A stretch of DNA of 64,000 nucleotides from Tubulanus polymorphus (taxonomy: Eukaryota; Animalia; Nemertea), in contig NC_134026.1 in the NCBI RefSeq assembly GCF_964204645.1, forward strand, positions 8,579,950-8,643,949, written 5' to 3'. Numbering within the stretch: position 1 is the first letter of the stretch; each line of letters opens with the position of its first letter. Shown piece by piece: positions 1 through 14,800 of this stretch. The translations under genes were made by a program, and so were the position numbers. The notes below the pieces were generated by a model, which ran no database searches, had not been told where the DNA came from, and saw only the letters and a program-made list of their open reading frames with translations.

Positions 1-3000
1 CACTATTTGTGGCCCATGCGAGACAATATGATTCTGGTAACCATGTTGTAACAGTTCTTTGATCGCGTTTTGTGCGTTAAGTTCTGGAACCAGTTCCTCA
101 TAAGTTGGTTAAAGATATACCGGAGGATAAATACCACAGCAACAGTGAACTCGTAATTGTTTCTATGTCAACTATCCACTGGTTAATAAAGAAGTTTCCA
201 GGTTCTCGGCGCCATTTTGTGGTGGTCCCTCGAGGTCCCCATTGTTGCGATAATTTTCGCTCATTTTTAAAACATGAGTTTTGATTGAATATCAAATAGC
301 TCTGCAGTCCCTTGCTTTATTAACTTAATTAATACACCATTTTAAAGGAAATGAAATGCAGACATTTGCCGGTGATTCTTGGATTTTTTTTAACGCAACA
401 ATAAAGAGCAGTGACGATGTGAAACCGAGGACCGCATATTTCGACCGCGCGTAAAAAAATTGCAATGTTCATAGATTTTGAAGATTCTAAGTGGTTATAA
501 AAGCTAGATGTCTCCTTTTTACTTTAACCAACTTTTGAGCAACACTGACCCCTGATAACACGTGATCTTCTACTAGTACGTGTATCTCTTTGATTGAAAG
601 TTAGGTTATGTTTAACATTCAATAACTTTTAATGAAAAAAAAAACAAACTTTTCGACAAAAACGAATTTCATTGGTTTCATTCGGGAAAATCCCCAAACT
701 ACTTATGAAATAAGATGAAATACTAGGATCAATTTATCAGTTTCCAGAACGGCAAAGGAATTCTAGTTCATGGCTCGCACACCAGAGCGCAGCACCATCC
801 AGTCAGATATCAATCCCGATCGATTCGAAAGCAAACTTTTCCCGTGTTGAATGTCATAACGAACGGTTGCCTATAAAGACGTTTGGCGTGATTTAACTTT
901 CTAACAAGATAACGCCTTGTCAAATGTTCCCTAAAGGTCAAACTGAATATCAACATCAACTTAATTAGATAACACACCACTGATTTGCGATCCTCGCGCT
1001 AGACGCCGGCCCCCACCCCCGGGGTTTCGACGCGCCTAATGATCGCTGGCGTTTATACAAACGTCGCAATAATTCTTTTACACGCATTATGAAATGATGC
1101 TGAAGGTTTTTTGCCGATGCGGGATATTATGGCCGTCTAATGAAGATGGATTTACTGCGGTAACGTCCGAGCACAGCGCGCGCGGGTTTATGAATCCGAA
1201 TCGATGTCGTCGAGGCATAAAACAAAATTTCGTCGTCGAAATGTCGAATTTACGGCGTCGATATAGTGTCAGATTTTGATTAACAACGGTGGTATCGATT
1301 TCTTTGTAGGTATCAATCAGCCTGGGTCCATCCTTCAGACATAGGATGCTTTATCATCACAAACATTCTTGCAATTCGATCGTCCAAATTTCACGTGTTT
1401 AGTACTACTTACCATCGGCGTCCACCAGAGGGGGTCGGGGTGCGGATGACCCCATTTTTTTAATCCAAGTTCGTTTCGCAGTGCCAAATTCAGTTTTTTC
1501 ACATCCCGGGAATTCCATAAATATTTTTCCATAAAAGGTCCTGTGAAAACGTCCCTTTCAAGCTTCGAATTTAAAAAAAATCAAGAACATTCAAGCAATT
1601 TCAAGAATTCAGAAATGCTTGTTTGCCTTCGGCGCGAAGTATGGCATATAGTCCTGCTTCTGACCCCCTTAGTTTAAGAAATCCCTGTGACGCCCCTGCT
1701 TTGACTTTTATCCAAAATCAAATGCCACTTCATTCATCGTCTGGGGCCAGTTGCACAGTCGCGACTTGAAACCAAAAGTGGTCTTAAGACTGGTCTTAAA
1801 TTGTTAGATTTGCTATATAAAACAAAGTTGGTCTTAAACTGGTTTTAAGTCTGAGCCATGACTATCCAACTAGCTCCTGGACCTTACATCTGGACCTCAT
1901 GTATATATACAGGCAGCAGGTTGACACAACATGAAAACTAACTTAAAGGTCCATTGACACCTTGAAAAATTAAACATATATCGCTTAATATTATCGACAA
2001 TAAATAATATGATATAAACTTTATAAATAGTAGGGTCGATAAAGTTATTTTGAATAAATCGATAATGGGGTACCCGCAGTGCTACTGTGGCAATCGAGGA
2101 TTCCACGTTATGGCAGGCGAGGATTCGTCAGGTTCGCTAGTAGATAGTTGGTCCTCCGCGATCGATTCCTTGTACATTTCAATTATATCTAGATTAACTT
2201 TTCTCTTGAATGAATCAGTTATTCAAGAAAACTATACCGATATCCGAGTAATAATGAAAGTATTGTATATTTGGTAGATCCTGTGATAGATTGTGGAGTC
2301 TAAAAATCCGGTTCAAAGTTCATTGAAAATGAACTAATTTTGACAACGGACGACCTACTGCTCGACACGCCATCTGGCGGGATAACTGGTTTTGCGAATA
2401 CCCCATTGAATTGAATTGATCGGCAACCAGTCTAGACCCGATTTACTGATGGCATGGTATCAAAAAAGTTATTTGGAGTAGAACTGATCAACCAGTCTTA
2501 TCCCCTATTCAAGAAGACATGAAAACTAATTAAACACAAAAAAGAGGCATTAAATTTATTCAAGTGAAGGATAAATGCCAATATTCACTATTTCAATTGT
2601 TATTCTGAAACGCCGATATTGATGACGTAGTGCACACGCTATCCCTAGATACGTTGTAGTTCTCAACGTGTAAAAGCATTATTGAAACGGCGTTTACGAC
2701 TTCATAAAATGTGCCAATTAACGCGTTCAGTTGGCTATTGATTCGCGTGGAACGAATGTATCTGTACGGAACGACCTGAACATGCAATCATCATTGCTAA
2801 ACGCCACGTCCTTACTGAGATCTTTAATCTAAAACTAGTCAAAAGATATTTCATTTACGAATCAATCTAAGAAGTGGGAAATATAAAATATCATTTAAAA
2901 GAATGCTGGACAACCGGGAGAAGTTAAATGATAAATCTGAGGGCAGATAAAGGCCCGGGAGCCTACTCTCACATTCATTCACATCCATACCTGACACATT

Positions 3001-6000
3001 TCAAAAGGTAATTAAATTGAATACATTGCAGGAATACATTACATTGGACCATACATAGGCCTAAATAAACTTCAAACTTATTGGAAAATGATTATTTGGA
3101 AATTGAATATTACACCTTGATCAAATTAAACTATTGTTAAAGTTATGTTTTTAAGACTCGTCTGGCGGTCTTGAATAGGCTCGCCCTTAGTTTTTTTCTT
3201 ATTTTACGTGATAAGTATCAAGCTGGACTGAGCGTTCTAAGACTTTTCGATTAAAATGTTTTTTACACACAATAAACAGCAGCACGACGAGTTCATTAAC
3301 GTCGATTGTTATTAAGGCGTGTCCGTCATTACTGGTATCTTCATATTTCCATTATCCGTTCCAAATTGATGGAACTAAAAAGAGAAGGCCTACGTAAAAA
3401 TGATATGCATATACGTCATATATGCACTTGTGAATTGTTAGAATTTACACCGTAATTGCCACGGAGAACATCCATTTAGAAGGGCATTATTTCAAAAGCG
3501 AATCGACGTCCTCGTCGAGTTTTTTTCGACGGTGTATATTGCTTTTTCGCACGCGTCTCCAATATCGATCGAAGGTTGCCTGATCAAACGAATGCGAAGA
3601 AATTGTTTCTACCGATCACCCCCTTATTCGCGATTTCGCACTCCTTTTTGAAGAACGTCTATTTTAGAGATAATGACCATCGTTGTGGCGGTGCCAATCA
3701 ATGGGCTGCACGCATCTACGGAGGACAAAGGAGACGAAGCAGTCATTTTATTAGCCGACAATCAATTCGTGGTAAAAGCCTGACCTTCGGAAAAATAGGC
3801 GAACATCACGTTTCAGTGGATTGATATACAATTTTAGTAAAGATAATAAAGTGGGAAGTGTCTTATTACAGACATTTAAAGCAAGTTTATACCGCAACAT
3901 CTACTGTATTCTAATGAAACGGTCAATCGAAAATTCATTACAGGCCTACAGTATTTTGGCTCTGTAAAACAGAATCCACATTCAAATGAAATGAAAGACC
4001 TTTCGAGAAATTACGATGTTTATCATTCAATTATTTCTAAAAAGAAGATTGTAAATTTGAAGAGTAGAGTGGTACGCTCTCGTTGTCTCTGTTCTCTTTT
4101 TATATACGCTGTGAAGCCAATGAGCATACTTTACATAGACTTCAGGCTGAATGAATTATCATTATCATTACTATCATTATTATCATTAAGTATAATTGGC
4201 GTGCTGGGTTCACGCTTGGAACTTTTGGAAAAGAAAGACATTTCCTGGACCTTATTGCTCTACGGGTTCGAGTTGAATTCCTTGAGTTAACTGAAGGATT
4301 AAGATGTAGTTACATTTACATTTTCGACTATAGACCATTGTCTCTGGTGCAGAAATGTTCTGTACTTTTTTCTAGAATCTTCTAAAGATTTTTCCATTTT
4401 CTCAAATATTCGGTATGCGTTTGTTCAGGTTGCGCGCGGCGTGTAGAAGTATGCTCAGAGACACAAAAAATTGCAACCATTAGATACATGTTCCACTAAT
4501 GAGGACCAGAAGGCAATATGTCGAAATTGGAAAAATCGTGGATGTTCTAACCATATTTATTTGAATATAGAAGAACCACATCTGGCAACGCGCGCGCATC
4601 GGCTAGATTTCTACAGAACAACGCACAGCAGCACATCGCCAAATCTCTCAGTCAGTCGAACTCTGATATTTGCGTCAGTAAAAATCAAATCTATTTCGCT
4701 CGCGGCTGACTGAATTCTATCAGCGAAAACAGGACAGTGCTCGCGCATGTAATACTCGGTGTGATTGTCGATTGCTACAAACCAGTAATTCATTCACTAT
4801 AGCGTCCATTTTTAGTCCATCGATAGCGAAATGAACTGCGTTATCAATTGCACCCAACGCCGAGTTTCGCAACGAATATATCCGCGACGACCGGACAAAA
4901 TCGTATCTTAAACACGATCAAATTATTTCCAGCGCCGATCGAGTCGGACGTAATTTCCCTTAAGAAGCTCGGCGCAAAAAAATGTCAATCTAGCGACCGC
5001 CGCGCCGTCGAACGAACCGACGGACGGACAAAAACGGACGCGGGAAACTAGCCGGGCTTCGCGTCGAGGACGCCTGGCGATCATTCTGCTAGAATTACGA
5101 TATAATAAGTCGACGTATTCAAAAGCAGCCGTACACGGCGAACTGCCGAAGCAAGATAAAATTCGTAGCAATATTAGATTTGCGATAAATCTGGTTATCG
5201 CAGGGAAAATGTTTCATAAATGCCATTTTGTCCGACTAATCAGTTATCAGTTTTTCTTGCGCCGCGTGGATTATAGAAATAGAACACTGCCGTAATGGAT
5301 TTCTATGTATCAGTCATTGCGATCATCGTTTTCGCACACGGAGCACGAGAAATCTGTAAAGGCAACCGAAAACGCAGATTATAACGCCAACATCGAATCC
5401 TCTACTAAAAAGGTTACGGGCATTTCTATACCGATTTTTACGATCAGAAATTGGCGTATTTGCAAGCGAAGAAATGTCATATTCTATTGTGATCGCACTT
5501 TATGCCCGGCGTGATAAAGGTTCTAAACATTACACCAACATGACCTCCAACGATGTTGAGTCGAAGTCAACAATCGTTTGGAGACCGCAGAAAATGTTGT
5601 TCAATGATCAGAATAGAAATAAATCAAAATTGGTTGTAAATTTTTCGTCTGCTATGTCTGATAAATCAATCAGTGTTCGTTGAAACAGGTTCCATTTTAT
5701 TGCCCACGAGGGACATGTTTTCGATTATTTTCAGGGTAGACATTATAATGAAACTATAGGCCATAACCGTGAACTTGATTCATGGAATTCACATAAGCTT
5801 AAATCTTCCTCAAAGGCATTGAACTTATGTACACATCGCTAGTAAGCGCTCTTAAATATTTTCTGACTTCGGGAGATAAAGAGCCTGGTTTCAAATGGGG
5901 GTTGAACTTACTATCCCCGGTTCATCGGATCCTCGGAGATAAGACGAGCTAAATTCGTGTCAGGTCATGTTTTGGTGATAGATCGATGCGCGATCATGAC

Positions 6001-8559
6001 CATCAGGCATGGCGCATGCGGGTTCAGTGGAAGATGTATATATAATTAGTTTATCGTCATCTTTCATAAATAAATAAAAGCCAGCCTATATAGGCTTACA
6101 AGACAAAACAGAGTTATGTTGGTTAAATGCATTATGTAATCCAGTATTAAACCCAAACTTCAATTCTTATGGAGTATAATTATTTTTCCAAATCAGACGT
6201 TTACTCCAAGAATATAAACTGACTCGTTCACTAGACACATCGCGATTCCTCCGGTACTGGTTCAACTCGGAAAACTGCTTATACGCGTCACTAAATATAT
6301 TTGCAAAGATTCCGAAAGACTTTCAATTCTCTAATCAACAACTCGCAGTGATGGCATTGACGCTATACCGAGCAGCTTATACTGTAACCCTTTTAAATAT
6401 TTTAAAACATCGCTGAGCTTCTTATGTCAAAATCATGCATATTTCACATGTACATGCGGTCTCAAAAATTGTCCTGTAAGCAGAGTCTGTAAAGACTCTT
6501 ACTCTGTAAAAAGCCAATCACTTTTTCATAATTCTATAATGAATACATAAATGAAAATATTACAGAATCATGAAATGGTAAATTTGAGAGATTGGGAAAA
6601 TATCCCTAGGTTGTCGTGAACAAATCATCTTTACTAAAATCCATCAATCCCTTAATGGAAATTCAAGAATTTATCCAGTATTGGATCGGCTTGGAATTCA
6701 AAGCCAATTACATAATGCTGTGAGAATATTTCGGTTTTAGTTTGACTTTCGCCGTCTGAAATTATTAGGCTAGAAAATTTATTCCATTTTTTCTCCTTTC
6801 TCCTGCGCTTTCAAGCTGGCCCGACCGGCCGCCTTTATGGACTACCCTATCAACTACGTTTTTAGAAATCATGATCGCGCTAACCATAACAGACCCGGCA
6901 GCTATAGAAATGAACTGATTACAAATTTTATTGCGGTTTACAAGATGATCCCACCGATTTGGAGAAACAATGTATCGTTTTTTCAACCTAATCGCCTTGC
7001 AACCATTAAATTTTTGGACTGCGGAAGAACCCGTGGTTTTATTCTTCAGCAGCCGACCCGTGAATCTTTCAAAATTTAATTTTGTCGAGACAAAATTGAC
7101 AGCCGTGACACACGAGTACTCACCTCTAGAGCGTCGCTGAGAAGTATGTACAAGCTCCTGGAGATGGCAGCAGCTCACAGTGATCGGAATACCAATGGAA
7201 CTTAATTTGAACTGGGAAAGTTAGATTTTAACAGTTTAAGGCTCGGCGATGTAAGGCGGCAAGATAACAGATTTTTGTGGGAGGGGACCCGGGAACTTTG
7301 AAATTTCTAAGCCGCTCAGATAAATCTCTGTCCACAATTCTCGTATCGTTTTTTGTTTCAGGAAAAAAACTGTTCTTTCGTCACAGATAGATACATGCCC
7401 TGCAGAGCTGCTGCCAACACTGCCTTAACTAAGTAGGTCTACCATACGCAATATCAGTTGGCATCCCTTTAATTAATCAAAGGAAAGACGAAGACGGATT
7501 TCTTTTTAAAAAAAATCTCTGAAGGCATAGGTTCTCGTTTAGTGTGCTCCAGCAGGCGCGGATTCAGACGGTATAACCGCAGGCACGCGCTACCGTCGCA
7601 AAATGTTCGTGCCCTTTTTCATTGCTTTCATCCCCGACGTAAAAAGCGCATGTAACAAATTCTTCAATTTTTGGCATCTAGTTACACTGATAAGTTCGAA
7701 GGGGCCTGCTTATAAGGCCTAGTAGGTAAGTTACCAAAACCGTTTTGGCATAGCAAATTTGGGCACAAAATTTTTTTTCAGCCGGAAAGTTCGGTTTGAA
7801 GGAACCGTCAAAAGTTGAAACCACAAAATTTCCCAAATTTTCCTGCCATTGATGTTCTCGTGAAATTGTTTAAAGGTTGCATCGTGTTTGAGCTCTTCTA
7901 TTTCAGTACGGTTTGGTACTCGTGTTTGTCCGTTTCGGTGCATGAAAAAGTCATTCATTTGATGGCATATTTGGCATGTTTGTTAGAGAGCAGAGTTTGA
8001 AAGAGAGTAGAAAAAATTTGAAAGACAGTTTTAGAAAATTTGATCGAGATAGAATTGAAGGATAATTGGTCAAACAATTTCTTTGCCCTTAAATCTGCTC
8101 CGACTGTCGATGATTCGAATCCCGAATCTGGAAGCTGATTTTATTGATTTTTTTGTGGTTGAAAAAGAAAGCCGTACAAATCGACAAGCCATGTGAGTCG
8201 ATCGTACTTAAAGGGAATGAGGGTCAGCTAAAATAGGCGCGCAGCCAGGGGCCGAAAATTGACCATTTTCCAAAAACGACCTTCTTCAGTTCAAAAAACA
8301 GTGATATGGCATTCAAATGATAGTGACTTGCATGTATTTCATATTTTCGCGGGTACAAATCTTAGATAAAATCCTCATCGCGTGTGGCCTACGCCCCTGT
8401 CGAGACCCGTGGCTCGCCCTACTCCTAATTTTGCCGTCCGAATTATTGATTCACTGCATTTAGAAAAAAATCAGAGCTGACGTGGCAATATATTAATTTA
8501 CGTTGCGATGGTTCTAGAATCAAGCGACGACGGCTGTGTATATCTTCTTTTACGGTGGC

Positions 8560-8838
8560 ATAATTGTTTTCGAAGGATCGACCCGCCAAATTGCCCGAGG
8601 CTCAACGCCACGTAAGGTGCTGCCACCTCCTGGCTATTGCGCGCAACTCTGAATGATACGTCGACTTCCGGGTTCTGGTAAAAACTTGTCAAATTTCCAC
8701 CTAATTTAATTCATTTCTACCGTTCCGCTTGCTAGAAATTCGAAACCAACGCGACCAAAACTATTCAGGAATAGATCTGTTTATCGTTTTCGTGTATCCG
8801 TACGTAAAAGGTGGTTTTTATTAGTACCGACATTAACT
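8560..8838. promoter_or_regulatory. Putative RNF185 promoter / 5'UTR region
   Basis: CpG-rich segment just upstream of the ATG, with an ETS-like ACTTCCGG (about 8664-8671) and a CTCF-like GCCACCTCCTGGC (about 8622-8634). Motif-level evidence only. Confidence 0.4.
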
Positions 8839-11800
8839 ATGGATGGTGGTGCGGGGACTTCGTCGTCGTCGTCAGGAGGAGGGACGGAACGATCCTCCGA
8901 AGAGAGAACAAGCAACGCGAATAACGGCGCTGCCGACCAGCAGCAGGATGACATCAATATGGACAGTAATTTCGAGTGTAATATATGTTTAGATACGGCT
9001 AGAGACGCTGTTATTAGTATGTGCGGCCATCTTTTCTGGTGAGCATGAATGAATATGATCTAGGAACGAAGGACTGTTTCCGTAACCCAGTCCCACCCAA
9101 GCCCTGGGTCCAGTTTCACAAGAAGGTTTATCTCTTAAATCGATTCAATTTCTTCATTGATTCAATTTATCTTAAATCGATTTAGGCCTTATTAATCCTT
9201 TTTGTGAAGCTGGGCCCTGTTCTTGTTTGGGGCGGGAGTTGGCTGATATGACACTAGGGTTTACCTTTCTGGTATATGGTGTTAATGTCGCTTAACTAAG
9301 GATGGGTTATGGTCAGGTTAGGTAAGCCTACATAAAAAGGATTCGATCTTTACTATTTTTGATTGTTATATGATATTATTACCGTCATTATTATCATAAT
9401 TATTACATTATTGTTATTTATATCATTATTTGGTCCTCAATATTATTGATCTAAAATTAATTTGTTTACAAAACAGTCCTTTGGTCGTCTGATATTTTTT
9501 GTATTGCTATTAATGTCAATTTTGACCTTATGAGTATAGTTTTCTGTAAAACTTTCTACAACATATTGGCCTATTAAATTTATCAATATATTGTCCTGTT
9601 TTGCCATTATCCGATAGTAAGAAAATGTTCAGGTTAGTAGGTCGCTAAACCAAAGACGGGATAGTGGACAATATATAGAGGGAATCCTAAAAACGAAAAA
9701 CAAAGTCCGAAAATGATTCTCTCTATATTATTGTCACAACACGAGTAGGCCTATAGTGTATGGTTGGACAGTGGACTTACCCCTGGTTGGGCTCTCTTTA
9801 GCTATCTTACGGGTGCGTTAGTTGATTTAGGGGTACCCTGGGGCCATTTGCTCAACAGTTGGTAAGAGTGAACTGGTGTGCCAATACCACTTGGTAGTTG
9901 GTAAGGCCATACTTGATTCTCATCTGCCTCAAATTTTTTTTAGATATTTTGAAATAGAATATAAAACTACTGCCTCAGATAAAATATCACACTAACAACA
10001 ATTCATGTACACAAAAGTCATCTATCTGCCGCCAAACATGTAACCACATGAAACATGATAGTCTAAACAATCGCTACTGACATAGGCCTACAGATACGTA
10101 GTACTCAATCAAGTTCACAAAGTTTATTGATTATTGAAAGATAGTTCCAACACACGTAGACCCATTTTCATTCGGGAGTTGCTAGTCTTTGTATATCGTA
10201 AGAGCTTTTAGAATATTTTACCGGGGGTATTTAAAAAGGTATAACCAACCTCTTTCCTCTGATTTTTTTTCACCACTTCTGATGAGAATCAAGTGATTTG
10301 TTTTATGTGGCCTAATGATGAAATCTCAATCATCACCATGTCAACTAACCGTCAATGAACTTAAACCAACTTTTGAGCGACTGGCGTTAGGGCGATACAC
10401 CATTTACCTACCTTAGGAGAGCCTTATTTTGGTTTCTCTTATGGTATCATTTGGACATTTGGGTAGTCTAAGGGTATTGAGTAAGGCGTCTTTGGCCTAT
10501 TTGGGTTCTGCCAGGGAGGTGAGTTGAAAGTAATGAGGCGGTTCAGCTGGGTTCTATGTTAGTACGATAATGGGGTTTAGCGGGGTTCTATGGTAGTACG
10601 ATAATGAATACCGATTAGGTTTGGTAAAGTAGACATGAAAAATACAAACAGTACCCACCTGTTGAAAATCAAATTTACTAACTTTATCATATTTCAGCTG
10701 GCCGTGTTTACATCAATGGTTAGAAACTCGGCCGCAACGACAAGTTTGTCCTGTGTGCAAGGCTGGAATTAGTAAAGACAAAGTAATACCATTATACGGA
10801 AGAGGAAATGCTTCCCAAGAAGACCCGAGGTATCGAAGATAATTTGCGAAACCTAGAAATATTCATATTTTAGCGTGCACACTTGAAGCATATTATAATG
10901 CGCATGAATCTACTTTTAGAGAAAAACTTCCACCACGACCAGCAGGACAGAGATCAGAGCCAGAAAATAATGGTGTAAGTAAATATATCAATATTTGCCA
11001 CACATTTGATAGGCCTACATATTGACACTTGATTTTTGCACATTCTAGAAAGTAAAACCTCAAAAATTTAATCCCATAAAAACAATCGTAGAAAAGTAGA
11101 TGAAGTCACTCAAAATTAAGCAATGAATCACGGCCAACTGTTCTCACGCTGGTACCAAATGTGCCTGTGTCTATTTGGCTTGACAAAAAATATCGGACCA
11201 GACCATTACCAGATGAATTTTAGCACGGGTGATATTGTATGTGAATACTTAAGTTTGCTCAACTCGCTTTGCCAGTATTGTTTAGTATCAAGTGAGTGGT
11301 TTGACTCTGGTCTGATCTGGGCCAAATGCTTTCCATGTGGTCATGGCTTTGGGCTTTAAGGTTAAGGTTAAGATTGCCTCACTCATCAGGCTTGTGTTGT
11401 TGTCAGCCTGCTTGAGGCAGCTGATTGAACACCATTGAAAGCGATGATCTTCTATTGGCCTGTTAAATTTGAATATAATACCTTGTCCGGTGCACGCTTT
11501 ATTTGAGAATCAGCAACCAGCTATTGGCTTCCCATAAATCCAGCTATCCCGGTCGCATCACTAATTGCCGGTCATATATTAATAATAATGATAACAATAT
11601 GCGTCTTATATAGCACTAAATCCAGCGAAGCTGCTCAAAGCGCTTTACATTTTCGTTATTATTGCCCCAGCCATTTAATACTCTAACATGTATCAGTCAT
11701 CTCTCTCCCGGGGAGGAGTAACATCCGAGCGGCTAACAAGCACTCGGGATTGATCTATCAGGCCACGTACCCATTTACACCTGGGTGGAGAGTGGCAATG

Positions 11801-14800
11801 AGGATGAGTGTCTCGCCCAGGGACACTACAGTTATGAATGGAGTTCAAACCCGCACGATCTGGCCTCCCGGTGTCAGACGCTCTAACCACTCGCCCACAC
11901 GACCCGGCTTCCCAGAGCTGAACCTCTAACCACTGGCCACATAGCTCCAAATATTTGTACAAAGAAGTTTATTTTCAATAAATCTTTGAACTGGATACTC
12001 ACGCTCCAAATGTCCAAGCCTCCATAGACATTTTTGAATCCCTCGACTAACGGGTAACATATAATCATTTTCCGCATTGTTTTTCAGGGATTTCCCGGTT
12101 TCGGATTCGGAAACGGAGGGTTTCAAGTCTCTTTCGGTATCGGTGCTTTCCCGTTCGGGTTGTTCACGTCGTTGCACAATTTCAACGACGGCCGACCTGC
12201 AGCTCGTGAGTATAATTCGATTATTGAAAACAATTAATTATCGAAATTATCTAGAAATTAAGTGAGTTTGAACCTGACGCGACTTCAGTCTTGAGTTTTG
12301 TCTACACATGAGTTTCAATCTGCGAGGTAATTAAAGGTGTTCCGGCTTTTCCAGTTCAATCGTAAGGTCAAACCAGTCAAGAGCTTAGAAGTAAACTCTC
12401 CAAAATGTTTATTGCAATGCGAACTGTCTCGATATTAGATTTGAACTTATGAGGATACCATACATTTAATACATTGTCTTCGTGTCACCAGCTATCCAGC
12501 AGATAGCGTGTCTTAAAGTAAGACAAGTTCATTTTCAATATTAAACCATTCACAGCAAAAAAGTTAATCTTATCTCCAAATCTCCCGGGTTCATAGATAA
12601 CACGATTTTTATACATCATTTGAGTTTAGGATCGATTATGTAGAACATATTTGGCAGTCACATTGTCGATCCTCGTTTCTACTTGATAAGATAAGATATT
12701 CTCTATTGTTCCTTTTCGTAATACAAGATACCTTATCCGATATACATTCCAGCACGAAATTCTAATATGCGAGCTCAGAAGAAGACTAATTTAATCTAAT
12801 CTATGTCTATATTTGTGGAATAAAAGATTCTAAAAGATCTGGACCCAGTTCCACAGTTGTGAGTTAGAGTTAACTCTTGAGTTAAAGTTAGTTCATTTTC
12901 ATTGAGTTAACTCATAGTCAAATCTTAACTCAGAACTGTGGAACTCGACCCTGTACTTTGTTTTCTGATTTCAAAGTTAAACCCCTACTTCGTTCCCGAC
13001 AGGTGTGGTGGGTGGCTTACAAAATTCAGATCAAAATTTAGATAAATATGAAAATACCGGTACCCTATTTCAAGATCAGAAAAAAGATTCTAAATACATG
13101 TAGGATGAAATAATCTAGCGACGGTATATAGAGCACAGCTCGAAATGAAAAGGTCTTCCGTCAAATCCTCGTTCACTAATAGGCGGCGCCGGTATCTCAT
13201 TTTAAAACGTTTACGGTAGATGACACTTAGTAAACGTTTACCCTAGATTATCGGCTCTGTGTAGACAAGACTCTCACTCGGTCATATCTATCCTTGAGAT
13301 TCTTACGCTATCAGATCCTTGTGTATTATCTTCTATTACGCTTGCTACCTAACTTAAAACAGAGGGCGAAAATCCGGGCAGCGGTTTTTGGCCAAACAAT
13401 TTCTTGGACGATGCTGATGACGGTTCAGGTAGAACGCTTGATTGTTGACACAGATTTTTGACTGTTGTACGATTCGGAACGGGAAAATCCTACAATTGAA
13501 ATGCGTTTCAGAACGAAAGGTTGACTATAATGTTAACTACAGTAAACCTTGCCTAACTCTGACGAACTGCGTCCGGCAGCAAAGTCTGAGATAGGAAAAT
13601 AGTCGGCGATGATTTTGTTTTTGTCTGAGTTGGCCACGTTCGAGTAAGGCGAGGTTAACTGTTTAATACTCGGTCGAGACTGGCAAAATATCTATGTTAT
13701 ACTTTGTACAGTACACTGTTGCATACACCTCTTAATATCGGCTTTAATCGGACTTCAGATACATTAAATTCAGATACATTTGTAATTCGATACCGCGCAA
13801 GGTTTCCTATCATCTAGCTAAAAAAAGGCATACCTCACAAAAAATCGAACAATTCTGTGAACTTCAACATAGTGTTACAGTAAATGGAAAACTACCCCTA
13901 ACTTTCGATTTGTAGAGGAGCCGTGTTAAGTCGGTGTTGTAGAATAAGTTAAACGAAACGGATAGTACTTTGTAGGTGTGACTTGTTTGTTAGAAGTACG
14001 AGCTTTCACTACTGATGTATAGAAGCTACATCCCTACTATACATTAGTAGTGAAAGCTCGTTCTTAAAATAAACACTTTAACCTGCAAAGTCCTATTGGA
14101 TTCATTTTACCTAATCTTTTTTTCGATGTCCATTATTTGCTCCACCGTAATCCTGAGACATACATTTAACCGAGTCATACCCTAGATTAGTGATATACAG
14201 TAGACTCCACCCAAGTTGGATCTGATCCATTCGGATAACCGTTCAACTTTTTATAAAACATTTTTGCGACACTATATCATTATATGAAATACGTAACAAC
14301 CTACTCGGATATCTCAACTCAAGTCGGTCAATTTTTACGGTCCCAAAAGATCTGACTTGTGCGTAGTGTACTGTATTTTGAATTCTTTTCCCTTCATATT
14401 TGATTGATATCTTATCACTGAAGAAAATATTTCAACTTATTGCTGATAAAATATTTCCAGAATTAGCATCGCAATCGATGCATATAATGCGTGCCTATGA
14501 TAATCCCAATAATGACTAGGCTACATTATATGTATGTATTGGAATGAATCTGTAGTTTACTGTATTGATGTTTTCGAATCGGTCATTTTCTAAAAATGGT
14601 TCAATTGTGGGATTTCTTCCGTAAGAAATCTCAATGTCCACTTCTTCGATCCATATGTTCTCACTTGGGTTTGTGTCAAATTCTTTTAAAAGAAATATCA
14701 GTTTTGTAAATGGGTAGCTATTTCATACATGATGTCCTACCTGTAACTGCAGTTGTGTTGGCGCGCCGTGGGGATCAAAAGTTGTTTTTTAATTGGAACC

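Noticed and set aside
2369-2381. CTCF-like motif GCCATCTGGCGG
   Set aside because: A single short motif with no supporting context, probably inside a repeat.
6765-7178. 137-aa minus-strand ORF
   Set aside because: Non-ATG start and no recognisable domain; it reads through a strong splice donor, so at most part of it is exonic.
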